From the NCBI GenBank assembly GCA_023129115.1, contig JAGMCR010000011.1, positions 1-64,000 on the forward strand: a stretch of 64,000 bases of DNA, written 5' to 3'. This stretch comes from Candidatus Iainarchaeum sp. (GTDB taxonomy: Archaea; B1Sed10-29; WALL01). The notes beneath the pieces are model-generated. The model saw only the letters and a list, made by a program, of their open reading frames with translations. It was not told where the DNA came from and ran no database searches. This document shows, piece by piece, positions 26,445 through 38,000 of this stretch (positions are counted from its first letter, which is position 1; the number at the start of each line of letters is the position of its first letter). The position numbers were made by a program, and so were the translations under genes.

Positions 26445-29400
26445 TTATACATTCCAGCAGCAATACCTGCTTGGCCACGAGCATTCGCCAACTCCGCTAA
26501 AGCAATAGTCATAACTACTATCGCTGGAGCCCTTACACGTGAACCCGTATGATGCAGGGTTTTCTGGTAGGTGGCGAGCAATGTAATCTATGGCATATGC
26601 CTCGCAGGAAATCTTAACACACTCATTTTCATCACCGGCAGTGCCACAATACGGGTAGTCGTCTGGGCAGTCACTGTCCTCGTCACAGAGGCATTCGCCG
26701 TAGCTAGTGCCAACCCCTACAGTGAAATCGCAGAAGCCGGACGCACACGCATCATTAGACCAGCACCATTTCCCCAACCCCAGCAAACCCTCCTTTGTGG
26801 CACTGACTGACTTCGCTTCTGCATCGGCAAGGCTCCCCTTGTTGCCGTACTTGTCCATGGCCAGCACCTTGTAGGAGCAGCCATCATCGCAGTCCGGATA
26901 TTTTTCACTGTAGGACAGTATTGAAGTCTTACCTGCTTCCGTGTAGCCCCCGTCCCCAATCTTCTCATAGATTATGTACTTTATTGGCGGGTGCGCGTCA
27001 GTCGCGGCCTTCCACGTCAGGTCTATCCTGCTTACTGTTCCAAACGAGTAGCTTACCTCTAACTTCTCTATTCCATTGAACGACGGCGGCGTGGTGTCCG
27101 CATCTACTTCGGTATAGCTAATGTCCGCGGCTATCGCAATGCTCATGTAGTCAAGGCACGCAGCCGGCGCGCAGGCACGGATGTACCTGAACGACTGGCT
27201 TCCCGTCGAAACGTCTTCCTTGAACCGGCCCCAGAAAAGTGTTGGCTGCGGCGGGTCCATTGCGGATCCCTTCGTGGAGACAGTCGATATGCTTGTGACA
27301 AAATTCCAATCGCAGTCTGTGTACCCCTCCATTGGATAGCTGCATTTCGCGCCGCCGTTGCCACACGTCAATTTGAGGCCCAGGCCGCACGCACAGTGTT
27401 CCCATTGGCCATTATCCTTACGCGCGTCGTCCTTGCCCATGTCCTGCCACACTTCATCAGCACCCATCTCCGTTGCTGTGCACCCACTTGCCACGTCTAT
27501 CCGGAGGGTGTCAGTATCGCCTGGGTCACTGCCCGTCGAGTACCTGACCTTCAGCGGGCTCGACAAAGTCACTGTCGACCCCACGTCGAAGTACCTGCAC
27601 GCCGCATAGCACCCCATGCCGGACGCCTCCTTCATGACGTATATCTCAACGGTCTTGGTTACCGAGGCGTCCTGGTCATCAGTGACCGTGATGCTAAGCG
27701 TCTTCTTGCCAGTGCTGGTGTAACTGTGCGATGCTTCTTTTGTCTTGGCCGTGCCGGTGTCACCAAAGTCCCACGCATACGTCAGACTGCTGTCATCGTC
27801 AGTTGCGTTGACATCATACGTCCCCGGTTCATCCAGCAGTATGACCTCTGGATAAATAATGTCATTTATCACGGGCGGAATGTTCTCGACCGTGAGGGCC
27901 CCAATCGCCTCGTACCACTCGCCCCAGTCCCCCTCGCTGTCCTGGAGCCTGCAATGCAGGTCATAGTCGCCCACGCCCATGTCCTTGGGCACAGTGAGGC
28001 TAGCCACGTAGCCGCCCTTGTCCGCCTCGTACTTGGCTGCCCCCAGCCACGTCTTCTCCGGCGTCGTGCCCGTTGGCCTCTTGTACTTTATTTCCGCGGC
28101 CTTCAGCGAGGCACCCGTGAGCAGGTCTTCTTTGTCTTCTCCCACGCACACTACCTCGGTCGCCTCGGTGCGGTAGACGGGGTTCGGGTCTGCGGCCAGC
28201 GACGTGACGTACGGCAAGTTGTTCTTCACTTTTATCGGCAGGCTTGCCTCAGTGGTGCTCACCATAAAGTCCTGGTCCTCTATCCTGCACGAAAGCATGT
28301 AGTTGCCCTTTGCTGCAGTCAGCTCGGGCGTGAAGCTGAATGGCTCGCCCGCCATCGTCGCCATCATCCCGTCCACAAGCGCCAGCCGCAGTGGCAGCGG
28401 CGTTGGGTGGCCGTCGTGCGGGGCAAGCATGCTCAAATAGCTGGTCTCGCTCTCCGGGGTGTACGAAATCCACGCGTTCAAGGTATTGTCCTCAGTGTCC
28501 TTGCCCTCGCACACGAGGCCTTCAAGCGTGTCGCCCCTGAAGACCTCGCCCTCCGGTGCGGTGAAGCTAAGGGCCTTCGGGTTGATGAGGTCGTCATAGT
28601 CCGGGTCAGTGTTCGGCAGCGCCTCCACTGCCCCGCACTCCTTGCCGGTGACTATGCCCCTCTGGTACTTGGGCCACGTCTCTCCAGAGAACCCGCTGCC
28701 GAGGTGCAGGTTGTTCTCGTGCCTCCGCTCCAGCGGGTAGTCGGTCGCCACGTGCCCCGTGTCCTCGAACCACATCAGCTCGCGCATGCCGGTGCTGTAC
28801 TTTTGCTTGAACGCGCAGTCGCCGGAGCCGCCCGCGCAGTCTGTGGGCGAGCCGCCAATGCCCAGCCCGCGCTTCACGACGTCGCCCCTGTCACTAAGCG
28901 AGACCGAGAGGCTGTCCCCGCTGATTTCGCCCTGCAGGAGCGAGAAGTCAACGTAGTAGCACGCTTGGTCGTCGTCCGCGCTTTTCGCGCTGGCGTTGTA
29001 CGCGTTGTTGTAGCAGTAGGCGCCAAGCCTCTCGACCATCGACGTCGCCTCTGCAACTCCCGGTGGAAGCAAATAGACCGGCACCGGCTTGCCAGCGGAG
29101 CCGCCCAGCACAGTGCCGACATTGTCGTACGGCACCATGCCCTTGAGGTTGGCCTCCATCTTGCCCACGGTCTCGGTCCCGGTGTCGCCAGTCTTGTGGA
29201 TTGTGGTCTCGCACTTCACGACCACGTTGTCGCCGTCGGCCTGGCCGTCCGCCGTGACGCTGATTGCATTGGCAATGTCCACTGCCCTGGCCAGCGTGGA
29301 CTCGAACGTGTACTCGCCAGGCTGGCTCGCCTCCAGCGTGTCGCCATAGCCGTGCGCCATCGGCGTCTCGGCGCGCACGCCGCCAACGTCCTTGAACAGC

Positions 29401-32400
29401 GCCATCGTGCACGTCGTCCGCGCGGCGTCAACTTCCTGGTCGTCGAACCAGCTGTCCGTGAAAGTGATGTTGATTCGCGGCGTCGCTGGCGTGCACGCGG
29501 TCACGTCATACTTCGCCGGCGTAATCGTCACCACCGGTGGCGCCTCGTCGTACACGAAGTCGAACGGCGCAGTCAGCTGCTGCGGCACCTCGCCCTCGGC
29601 CGCGAACTCGACGCACGCCACGTCTATGATGTTGTGCCCGTGGCTGAGGGTGACGCCCTGGCAGTTGTATTTCGCCTCGTAGCACCCGTGCCCGTCTGAC
29701 TTGCAGTCGACCTCGAGGCAGTTCCTGCCGCCGATTCCGCAGCCCGTAAGGCCCACGGTCGAGGATGCGTCGATGTATAGGTCTGGCTGCCCGACCTTGG
29801 TGTAGTAGTACACCTCGTCCACCAGCGTGACCGGCGTGTTGACAGTGTCCACGGTTATTATCGGTACGCCCTCGGGGTAGTAGTAGACAGCCCCGCGCGC
29901 CACTCCGTCGTTGCCGTTGAAGTCGAAGCACGTCACGTTGAACCTCAGCAGTGTGTACCTGTCCTTCGGCAGTCCCGTCGGCTCGGGCGAGTTGAACTGC
30001 GTCCTGCTGTCGCAGTCGAAGTTCTCGTTGTCCGTTGTCACGCACTCCCTGGCCGGGAACGTCTTGCTGCCCACGGCGTCCAGCTCGAGCAGGCAGTAGT
30101 CCACGCCGTACCTGTCCTCCGCGACTGCGGTGAAGATGACGCTGTCGTCCTGTATCGCGGTCAATGCGGGAATCGTGACCGACGGCGGCTCTGTGTCCTT
30201 CACGAGGAACGTCGTCGCCCACTTCGCGTACGCAGTGTCCCTGCACGACGCCTTGAACAATACATAGTCCTCCGCGGGCAGCTCCCAGTTCACCACGCTT
30301 GACCCGAGTGCTTCGCGCCTCAGCTGGTTGCCCGCCTTGTCCTCCATCACAAGTATGCAGTCCCGCCCCGACGAAGTCACGTGCACGTCGACGTCAGTGT
30401 CCCGCGTGGTGTGCACGTCGCTGCCGATGGAGTCGTCCACCCGCACCGATACACCCGGCACAACAATCGCCGGCGGGGCCTCGCAGGCCGCAAGGCCGGC
30501 CAGCACCACGCCGCCGCGCGCGTTCTTCAGGATGTAAGTGTTCGCGCCCGTGGCCCAGTGGTGCTCCATGTTCGCAAGGAAGCAGTTCGCGTTGCCGTCA
30601 ACCGTTCCAACAAAGAAGTCCGCGCCATCGCGTATTGGCGCCATCGCGAAGTAGCCGGTGCCGCCGCGCAAGAGCTCTTCCCTCTCCTTGAGCCATTTGT
30701 ACTTGGCAAAGCCCAGGCCCTTAACATCACTCTTCGAGAGCTCGCGGTACTCGACTGTGAACACCGCCTCGTCGTTTGTCCCGAGGCCGTGGCCAAGGAA
30801 CGTGTCCTGCTCCGAGTCTTCTGTCGCAGCCATTGTCTTGGTAAGGTCTTTTGCGAACGGTATTCCGGGGTTGGTGTTCATCGCGCCCGCAAAGTAGTAC
30901 TGGCTCGACGGGCTGCACCACGGCGCGTCTGTCTTCTTGGCAGTGAGCTCCATCCTGCCCATGCTGCCTTTCCTGAACACTGCCTCAATTAGCCCGCACT
31001 TGATGTCGGGCACGATGAGCGCGTTGTCGCTCTCCTCTCCCCTGCCGCCGACCGTGCCGGGGTAGCTGAGCGACATGGTCTTTCCTGTCTCGTCCACGAC
31101 TTTCGCGTTGACAAAGTCGTTGCCGAACGCATACACGTGCCTCTCAGTGTCCTTGTCTGAATCGTGCAGGTTCTCCGCCGCGAGCAGCAGCGCCTTGCTG
31201 AGCTGCTCCGCGTCGCACAGGTAGGCAGTGTCCCCAATGAGCTGGCACGAGCCCCTCTTTATCTCGCCGCTCTCCCTGAACACGACGTAGTCGCCCGCGC
31301 CGGGCCCGCGCGTCAGGTCGCAAGTGACGTCCGCGAAATAAGTCCCGGACTTGGTCATGCCGCCGCCGGACGCAGTAACCTTAATCGTATTATTACTAGT
31401 CTGCTGGTTGCACTCGATGCTCTCGGCGGCAGCAGTGAGGTAGACCTCTGCCCTGCCGTACGCGGGAATCACGTGCCCAGGCACTTCTTCCCACTTGTCG
31501 TTGAGCATCACCGCCTCGACCGAGATGTCGAGGTGCTCCTCCTGCAGGCTTGGCGACAGCACGAGCGACGCGGGCGCGTCGTTGTTGTTTATGACCGTGA
31601 CAATCTTCTTGCTGAGCACCGGGTGCAGGTCGTCCAGCACAAGCGAGGGCTTGCGGTAGTCCTTTTCCTCGGGCTCGAAGAATATGCCCTTGATTGGCGC
31701 GATAGAAAAGAGCTCGACGAACTCGCGGTGCCGCGCCGAGACCGGGATGCTGCTCCTGGTGAGGTCAAGCTCAAGCCCTTCGCTGCTGAAGTATCCGCCG
31801 TCCCTCAGCACGAGGGCCTTCCCCTCCGCATTCACTTCCGCATCCTCCATGAGCGCGCCGTTGCGGAGCGGCCGCACCCGCAGCTCTGCCGAGTCGGGCC
31901 TGAGGTCTCCAGTGTTGCCCATTGTTTCTATTGCGTAGTCGACAAGCCCGTGCGTGATGTACTGCCAGCCCTGGTCGTCCAGGGTTATTGCTATCTGGCC
32001 GGGGGCCTTGCCAGTCCCGGTTATGGGTGCCTTCACAGAGACCCCGCTGCCCACGGCAATCTCCTGCCAGTAGTTGAGCCCGCTTATCCCCGGGGCATTG
32101 ACGCCCATTGTGAACGTCTGGTCGGCCTCGCCCTGGTTCCGGAACTCTATCTCCACGTCAATTTCCCGCGGGCCTTCCTGCGACAGCGAGCCGAGCGTGT
32201 CAAGTGGCAGGAACCTCCCCCAGTTGCAGCCGCCGGGGTATCCCGCTGGCGGGCACACGAGCGCCTTCGGCACGATGGCAGCCTTCACGCCGGGAATCGG
32301 CGTGTCGAACTCTATGTCTTCGGGATTAAGGCCTTGCGACCCGTCGACCGTGAAAGTGAGCGGGCTCTTCCTGTTGTTGAAGAACTCGAGCGTGGCCTCC

Positions 32401-35033
32401 TTGACCGCGCTCATCGCCGCCATCTTCATGATGATGTGGACTGGCTCGCCTTCCCTGATTTCGTACTGGAGGCTCGCGGTCTGCGGCAGCGAGGGCGACA
32501 TTGCTTTCGTTTCGCCGCCGGCCTCGTACTCAATCGGCCTGATGTGCTTGGCGCCGCTGGACGGCGGGCGCGAGTCAAGCTTTATGGTGAATGTCTTCGA
32601 GTTCTTCTTGGGCATGGCGAGCACGTGCACGTACAGCTGCTCCCCCGGCATAAGCAGCGCGCTCTCGCTCCACATTCCTTCGGGCGCGTCATAAGCACCA
32701 AACCCCGCCTTGTAGCTGCTGAAGTACGCGTTGATTAGCTCTGTCCACTCTGTCCCGCCCGTGAGCGTGACCTGTGTTTCCTGCCAGCCGCCCTGGATTT
32801 TTTCGCCGCCAGTGGTCTCCCAGCGCGCGCGGTAGTGCAGTGTTGTGCTGCCCCTCGCCTCTGCCTTGGCGATTAATGGAATCGTGACAGTGTGCGTCCC
32901 GCCGGGGGCAGAGTACCGGATGTACTTTGAAGTGCCTGGCTCTTCCTTGATGGGCGGCTCGCCGCCGCTGTAGACGTCACTCGCCTTGACAGTGCTCCCG
33001 CTTGGGCCCATTACCTCGCCGAGCTCGACGGGCGTGTTGATTGGGTGGTCCTTGCTGCCCTGCTCTCCGCTCCATACCTCGATTACTGTGGCGGCGTACT
33101 GCTTCCGCGCGCCGAGTGAGCTGACAGTCGCCTGGGCAGTGCCGCCCGGGAGCATGGAGTCCGGCGCATCCATCACAACCGATTCTCCACCCACTGGGTC
33201 GGGCGTGCTGAACATCAGGTAGGCCTCAGTGTCGCCGGTCACGAGTATGCTGCTGCTACTGGCCGGCGGGTAGTCCCTGTACTCGCCCTCGAGGTAAATG
33301 CTCTGGCTGAGGTAGACCTCAAACTCGGCTTTCCCGTCCGCGCCGGTCTGCTTCTCGTCCAGCTTTTCGCCAGTGGCCCTGGACAGGAGCCGCACTGTTG
33401 CCCCACTCAAAAACTCTGTGAGCGTCTTGGCCCTCACCGCCAAAACAAATCCCTTGGGCTGGACAGTTATTGTCTTTTCGACCACACCCCCTGCCGCCAG
33501 CTCGAATCCCTCAAACTCCTGCGGGCTTGGGGTCGCGGGCGCGACTGCGCTGAGCCCGTACTGCCCGGGCGCCATGCCCTCGAACACGCACTTGCCGCTG
33601 TCGCCGGTGATGCAGTCGCCTGCCGTGATGTCGCCCCACGTGAGGAGCACGCGGGCGTTTTGGAGCGGCATTGTATCGGGGGCGAGCACGATTATTTTGA
33701 TTATCCCTTCGTCGCCTTCCACGACCTCGGCAAGGTCTATGTCGGCGGCTTCGCCAGCGCTGAACTGTGTGCTCCCGGGGTAGTAGCCACGCGGCGCCGA
33801 CTCTGCGCTGTATGTCCCACTGTCGAGCGAGACTGTCTTCTGCCCGCTGGCGTCGGCATTGGCCTTGACAAGGGTGACGCCGCCCTGCTTGACCATGATT
33901 GGCGCCCCGGCGAGCGGCGAGCCGCTGCCTGTGACGCGTATAGTGCTTTGCAGCCCGTCGTCCATCTTGAGCAGCACTTCCATTGAGTCGTCCGCCTTCA
34001 GGAGGCTGCTTGTTGCCGGGGCGTACACTTGGTTCAGGTCTTCTGCCCTCACCATGAACTCGAGGCCTTCAGCGATTTTGAGGACTGCGCTGCCGTCGAT
34101 GTTGGTGACGTCACTGGTTTTTGTGTTGCGGTAGCCCGTGATGTACTCGTTGCCGAGCGTGTCAATTGCAAGCACCCTGATGTTCGCAAGGCCCTGCCCA
34201 TCGCGGTTCTCGACTGTCACGTAAACGTTGTACAATGTTTCTGCCTTGAGCCCGCCTGTCCCGCTTGCGTGCACGAGGACTTCGCCGCTGATTCGCGCTT
34301 CGCTGACTATTTCGTCTGCGGTTGCGCGGCGGCTGTGCCAGTCGCAGTCGATGAATATTTCGTAGTCGTCCTGCACGCACTTTTCTGTGGAGAACATGAG
34401 GCGGTTCGTGCTGTCGATTACCCACTGGGTGTCTACTTCTCTGCCGTCTGGCGTGGTGGCGCTGAGCCGGCAGTTGCTTGGCTCGATGTTGTCTTCGCCC
34501 ACGATTCTTGCTGTGGAAAGTGTTTCTGGGAGCTCGAGGCATCCGCCGAATATTGCGCTGGTGAGGCACTCCATGTCGATTTCCCTTTCGCCGTCGCCAT
34601 CGACTTCTATTTCCAGTTCCCTGTCCTCACAGTTTTCGCGCGAGAGCTCGAGCCTGACTGTGCCGCGCGGCAATGACAGCTCCACTATTCCGTCGCTGCC
34701 TGTTTCGCCGCTGTCCACAAGGGTTTCCCCGGCGTATGCGCTCACTTGGACGCTGTCGAGCGCGCGGCCGTCGGCGCTTGCCTTGATTGTTATCTGGGCA
34801 CCCCCGCCCCCAAGGAAGAGGAATGCGATTCCGCCGATGATGAGCAGCAGCACAGCAATCGCGACGAGCACGCTCGGCACTTTTTCGTCGATTGGGTCAA
34901 TCACCTTGTACACGGGCACGCCTTTCGAGTCCAGAAAGTCAAGCAATGAGTACCACGGCCCCTCGAGGGCTGACAGTATCCCACCCCCCTGCTTTGCCGG
35001 CACCGGCGCCTGCCCACTCGTCGTCTCGTCCAT
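26445..35033 (-). CDS. Giant membrane-anchored surface protein 2 (2862 aa)
   Basis: Same N-domain, TM, repeats and CDAEQ core; Ig-like DTEPP domains, PKD (YAWDFGD), FN3-like domain and Cys-rich tail; AGGTGA SD. Confidence 0.88.
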   Translation of the reverse strand: MDETTSGQAPVPAKQGGGILSALEGPWYSLLDFLDSKGVPVYKVIDPIDEKVPSVLVAIAVLLLIIGGIAFLFLGGGGAQITIKASADGRALDSVQVSAYAGETLVDSGETGSDGIVELSLPRGTVRLELSRENCEDRELEIEVDGDGEREIDMECLTSAIFGGCLELPETLSTARIVGEDNIEPSNCRLSATTPDGREVDTQWVIDSTNRLMFSTEKCVQDDYEIFIDCDWHSRRATADEIVSEARISGEVLVHASGTGGLKAETLYNVYVTVENRDGQGLANIRVLAIDTLGNEYITGYRNTKTSDVTNIDGSAVLKIAEGLEFMVRAEDLNQVYAPATSSLLKADDSMEVLLKMDDGLQSTIRVTGSGSPLAGAPIMVKQGGVTLVKANADASGQKTVSLDSGTYSAESAPRGYYPGSTQFSAGEAADIDLAEVVEGDEGIIKIIVLAPDTMPLQNARVLLTWGDITAGDCITGDSGKCVFEGMAPGQYGLSAVAPATPSPQEFEGFELAAGGVVEKTITVQPKGFVLAVRAKTLTEFLSGATVRLLSRATGEKLDEKQTGADGKAEFEVYLSQSIYLEGEYRDYPPASSSSILVTGDTEAYLMFSTPDPVGGESVVMDAPDSMLPGGTAQATVSSLGARKQYAATVIEVWSGEQGSKDHPINTPVELGEVMGPSGSTVKASDVYSGGEPPIKEEPGTSKYIRYSAPGGTHTVTIPLIAKAEARGSTTLHYRARWETTGGEKIQGGWQETQVTLTGGTEWTELINAYFSSYKAGFGAYDAPEGMWSESALLMPGEQLYVHVLAMPKKNSKTFTIKLDSRPPSSGAKHIRPIEYEAGGETKAMSPSLPQTASLQYEIREGEPVHIIMKMAAMSAVKEATLEFFNNRKSPLTFTVDGSQGLNPEDIEFDTPIPGVKAAIVPKALVCPPAGYPGGCNWGRFLPLDTLGSLSQEGPREIDVEIEFRNQGEADQTFTMGVNAPGISGLNYWQEIAVGSGVSVKAPITGTGKAPGQIAITLDDQGWQYITHGLVDYAIETMGNTGDLRPDSAELRVRPLRNGALMEDAEVNAEGKALVLRDGGYFSSEGLELDLTRSSIPVSARHREFVELFSIAPIKGIFFEPEEKDYRKPSLVLDDLHPVLSKKIVTVINNNDAPASLVLSPSLQEEHLDISVEAVMLNDKWEEVPGHVIPAYGRAEVYLTAAAESIECNQQTSNNTIKVTASGGGMTKSGTYFADVTCDLTRGPGAGDYVVFRESGEIKRGSCQLIGDTAYLCDAEQLSKALLLAAENLHDSDKDTERHVYAFGNDFVNAKVVDETGKTMSLSYPGTVGGRGEESDNALIVPDIKCGLIEAVFRKGSMGRMELTAKKTDAPWCSPSSQYYFAGAMNTNPGIPFAKDLTKTMAATEDSEQDTFLGHGLGTNDEAVFTVEYRELSKSDVKGLGFAKYKWLKEREELLRGGTGYFAMAPIRDGADFFVGTVDGNANCFLANMEHHWATGANTYILKNARGGVVLAGLAACEAPPAIVVPGVSVRVDDSIGSDVHTTRDTDVDVHVTSSGRDCILVMEDKAGNQLRREALGSSVVNWELPAEDYVLFKASCRDTAYAKWATTFLVKDTEPPSVTIPALTAIQDDSVIFTAVAEDRYGVDYCLLELDAVGSKTFPARECVTTDNENFDCDSRTQFNSPEPTGLPKDRYTLLRFNVTCFDFNGNDGVARGAVYYYPEGVPIITVDTVNTPVTLVDEVYYYTKVGQPDLYIDASSTVGLTGCGIGGRNCLEVDCKSDGHGCYEAKYNCQGVTLSHGHNIIDVACVEFAAEGEVPQQLTAPFDFVYDEAPPVVTITPAKYDVTACTPATPRINITFTDSWFDDQEVDAARTTCTMALFKDVGGVRAETPMAHGYGDTLEASQPGEYTFESTLARAVDIANAISVTADGQADGDNVVVKCETTIHKTGDTGTETVGKMEANLKGMVPYDNVGTVLGGSAGKPVPVYLLPPGVAEATSMVERLGAYCYNNAYNASAKSADDDQACYYVDFSLLQGEISGDSLSVSLSDRGDVVKRGLGIGGSPTDCAGGSGDCAFKQKYSTGMRELMWFEDTGHVATDYPLERRHENNLHLGSGFSGETWPKYQRGIVTGKECGAVEALPNTDPDYDDLINPKALSFTAPEGEVFRGDTLEGLVCEGKDTEDNTLNAWISYTPESETSYLSMLAPHDGHPTPLPLRLALVDGMMATMAGEPFSFTPELTAAKGNYMLSCRIEDQDFMVSTTEASLPIKVKNNLPYVTSLAADPNPVYRTEATEVVCVGEDKEDLLTGASLKAAEIKYKRPTGTTPEKTWLGAAKYEADKGGYVASLTVPKDMGVGDYDLHCRLQDSEGDWGEWYEAIGALTVENIPPVINDIIYPEVILLDEPGTYDVNATDDDSSLTYAWDFGDTGTAKTKEASHSYTSTGKKTLSITVTDDQDASVTKTVEIYVMKEASGMGCYAACRYFDVGSTVTLSSPLKVRYSTGSDPGDTDTLRIDVASGCTATEMGADEVWQDMGKDDARKDNGQWEHCACGLGLKLTCGNGGAKCSYPMEGYTDCDWNFVTSISTVSTKGSAMDPPQPTLFWGRFKEDVSTGSQSFRYIRACAPAACLDYMSIAIAADISYTEVDADTTPPSFNGIEKLEVSYSFGTVSRIDLTWKAATDAHPPIKYIIYEKIGDGGYTEAGKTSILSYSEKYPDCDDGCSYKVLAMDKYGNKGSLADAEAKSVSATKEGLLGLGKWCWSNDACASGFCDFTVGVGTSYGECLCDEDSDCPDDYPYCGTAGDENECVKISCEAYAIDYIARHLPENPASYGFTCKGSSDSSYDYCFSGVGECSWPSRYCCWNV

Positions 35034-35044
35034 TGCTTTTTCAC

Positions 35045-38000
35045 CTATACTATCGGTACGGCATCCACTTCTGTATCACTTTGTGTTTCGCATGTTTTCG
35101 TGCCCTCACGCCACTCATACCAATAATCCCAATTGCTCTCGCATGAAACAAAGTCAAAAGAGATTCCGTCCGCAAAGTAGCCACTGTCCCTGCTTGCTGC
35201 CCTGCACTCGTCCTCGTTCAGCCACTCGCCATAGTCCTCGTAGTCGTTAAGGAGGTCCCATGATGCAAAGCAGCCATCTATCACAACATCATAGCCACTG
35301 GGGGCTGCCACTCCTATCCCCATGTCTATCTCAGCCGCATCACAAGCAATGTGTCCGAGGCCCATCCCACCAAGGCCAAGAACAACAATACCAATTACTC
35401 CGGCAACCCCGACTATTGTAAGGGGGGTAGTTAGCCCAACGGTAATTACGTTCAGAGCCACCAATGAAATCACGATAAGTGCTGCCAGGGCAGCCGCACC
35501 AATGGCAATGAATGCCCCTTTCCAGAAGCCCTCGCATACCTCATCATGGCAGTCCTGCATATTGTCGTACGCAACGTAAGTATACATGCAATGCTTGTAT
35601 TCCCCGCCAACACATTCCCCATAGCCGAGGGTTTTGCATCCAAGCGCACTGTTGAATTCCCCATCCCTGTTGACGTCTTCCTTGTTGCCGACGCGGTCCT
35701 CGGCATAGTAGCAAACAGAGTACCCTCCCTCGTCTTGGTCTTCTTCGGTGAAGCTTGTGGAAGCGAAGTACCTCCACCTCTTTTTCCCCGTCTCCAGCGC
35801 CTTTGTATCGAGCTGGACCATGCTGTGGTACTCTTCGTCAAGCTTCACTGTTTTGTCTTTAACTGATATCCCAACCTTAGTGAATCTCTCAAATGCACTA
35901 GCATCAATCCCATAGCCTGCCAATTCCTCGTCTGAAAGGCGTATATTCGCGACATTGTCAAAGTCATTAACTTCAAATCCTGCTTCCCAAGCCACGCTAG
36001 CACAGCCACCCTCGCCGCCCTTGCCGATGCCGGTGTATACCTTCGCAGTGCTTGCGTAGTCCCCAACTGCTTTGCCATTGCTGTCGACACCCACAAAGTT
36101 TGTGCGCAGGTTCTGCGGGGCCTTAACCTTTCGTTCGTCGCCAGTGGCCTGGCTCAACCCCACGTACGTGGTAACCGGCGGAGTCGTGTCGAGCACAATC
36201 GGGTCCAGCGCCCGCGACATCATAACCGGGACGCCAATCTCGGCGCACTGTATCTGTATCCCCGTGTTCCGCCCCTCCCGTGTGATGACCCGGTCGCCGG
36301 ACGGGCTAATCGTCGGGCAGTTGTAAAACTTCTTGTAGTCCGAAATGCTCTTGGTGGGCGGTCCGCAGCTCACGCTCACGCCCATCGAGTTGCTGATACT
36401 GCACCCGGTCAGCGGGTTCTCGGCAGACACGGAAATCGGAATCACGAGATTGTCCGTGTTGACAATGAAGTAGCCACCCATCTCCATGAACCCGTGGACC
36501 TCTCCCTTGTCCTGGTCACACTTCGCGTCCGGCGTCGGGCCGTCAAGCGTCTTCATCCGCTCCAGCTCTGTAACAGGCGGGTCGCGGTAGGACTCGCAGC
36601 TGTACTGGATTCCTATTTCCGCCGTGCTCATCCTGAACACAGTCTTCTCTTTTCCCGCGGTGTTGCCGTGCACGTCAGTGCACGTTATGTTGAGCCTGTT
36701 GTGGCCCGTTGCCGTTGGCTCGCACCGGTCCATGATGTCCTCGTTCAGTGCGAGCGGCGGCGTGTCGCACGTCACCGTGTACTTGTTCCCGAGCAGCGGG
36801 TCGTCCACCGGGATGCCCACGGAGCACGTGCTCTCGTGAAGCTCTGGCGGGCATTCCCCGATTATCTTGCATTCAGCGACTTCGTACTTGTCAGTCACAG
36901 TGAACGTCGCCTTGACAGTCTCTTCTGTCGTCGCGCGATCCATTTTTTCGATTGTTATCACTGGCGCGTTGCGGTCGAGTATAATCTGCATGGACTCCCT
37001 CGTGGACCAGAGCCCGTCCGGCGACACACACGCCGCCTTCACTGTGTACATGCCGTCGCTTTCCTGGTTGAGGTTCCATTCATAGACCATAAGCGTGTTC
37101 TCGTCCTTCCACGGGTAAAAGTCCTTCCCGTACGGCGCGCCGTATGTAGCCGGCGACTGGCTCCCGCGCTCGCCGTCATAGTTCCAGACGTGGCACGTGG
37201 CGACCTCGCCCTCCACTTCAATTTCGACTGAAATCGTGGGGTCGCCAGTGGCTTTGGCGCCCAATTCGTACGGCGTGAGGGAATGGAGTTTCATTGATAT
37301 CTTTGGTATTTCGAGGCCGCCTGCCTGCACGCACTTGTCGAGGTCGAACACCTGCTGGCTGTTCCCTGTAAGGCGCAGGCTCCCGGAGTCGCCAAGCGTC
37401 CAGTACAAGGCCAGGTTCGAGAGCATGCACTCCCTGTGCCTTTCCAGGTTGTCCTCGCGCTCGTAGACAATCCCCATCTGCACGTCCCCATACGAGTCAA
37501 TGTTAAAGAATCCCGTGCTCTCGTACTCTGGCTTGAGCCACTTGTGCTTCGGGTCAGTGAGCTCCGCGTACTCGCTGGCGGTGAACTCCCTGTAGCTGAC
37601 CACATGCGGGGCCTCGCTTTCCCCGACAACCTCTTCCGGGTCAAAGTTCCCAAACAAGTGCTCCTTCGGCACGTACTTGTACACTGTTGAAGTAAACTTG
37701 TTGAGGTCGCTGTCCTGGGTGAAGCCGGCGTACTTGACTATCAGGAATGTCCTGGCCTCGTCGCGCAAGCCCTCGTCGTAGTTCATCATGCCGAGGAACA
37801 CGTTGGGGCTTTGGCCGCACCATCCCCAGCCGGCGTCCATGTCGATGTTGGCAGTGATTTTCTCGCCAAGCCCCTTCTCGAAAAGAATGGTCACCACGCC
37901 GCAGCCGATTTGTTCCTGGCTAATCACGAGGCTCCCGTCCTTGGCAAACGCGGCCTTGTGGACCACGTCACTGATGTACCTCGACCCATGCGCCATCCTC

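Noticed and set aside
27396-29699. 767-aa + strand ORF, and similar long ORFs at 7333, 31164, 37811, 46713 and 48099
   Set aside because: Antisense shadows of GC3-rich genes with Arg/Val/Ala-biased, non-protein-like composition
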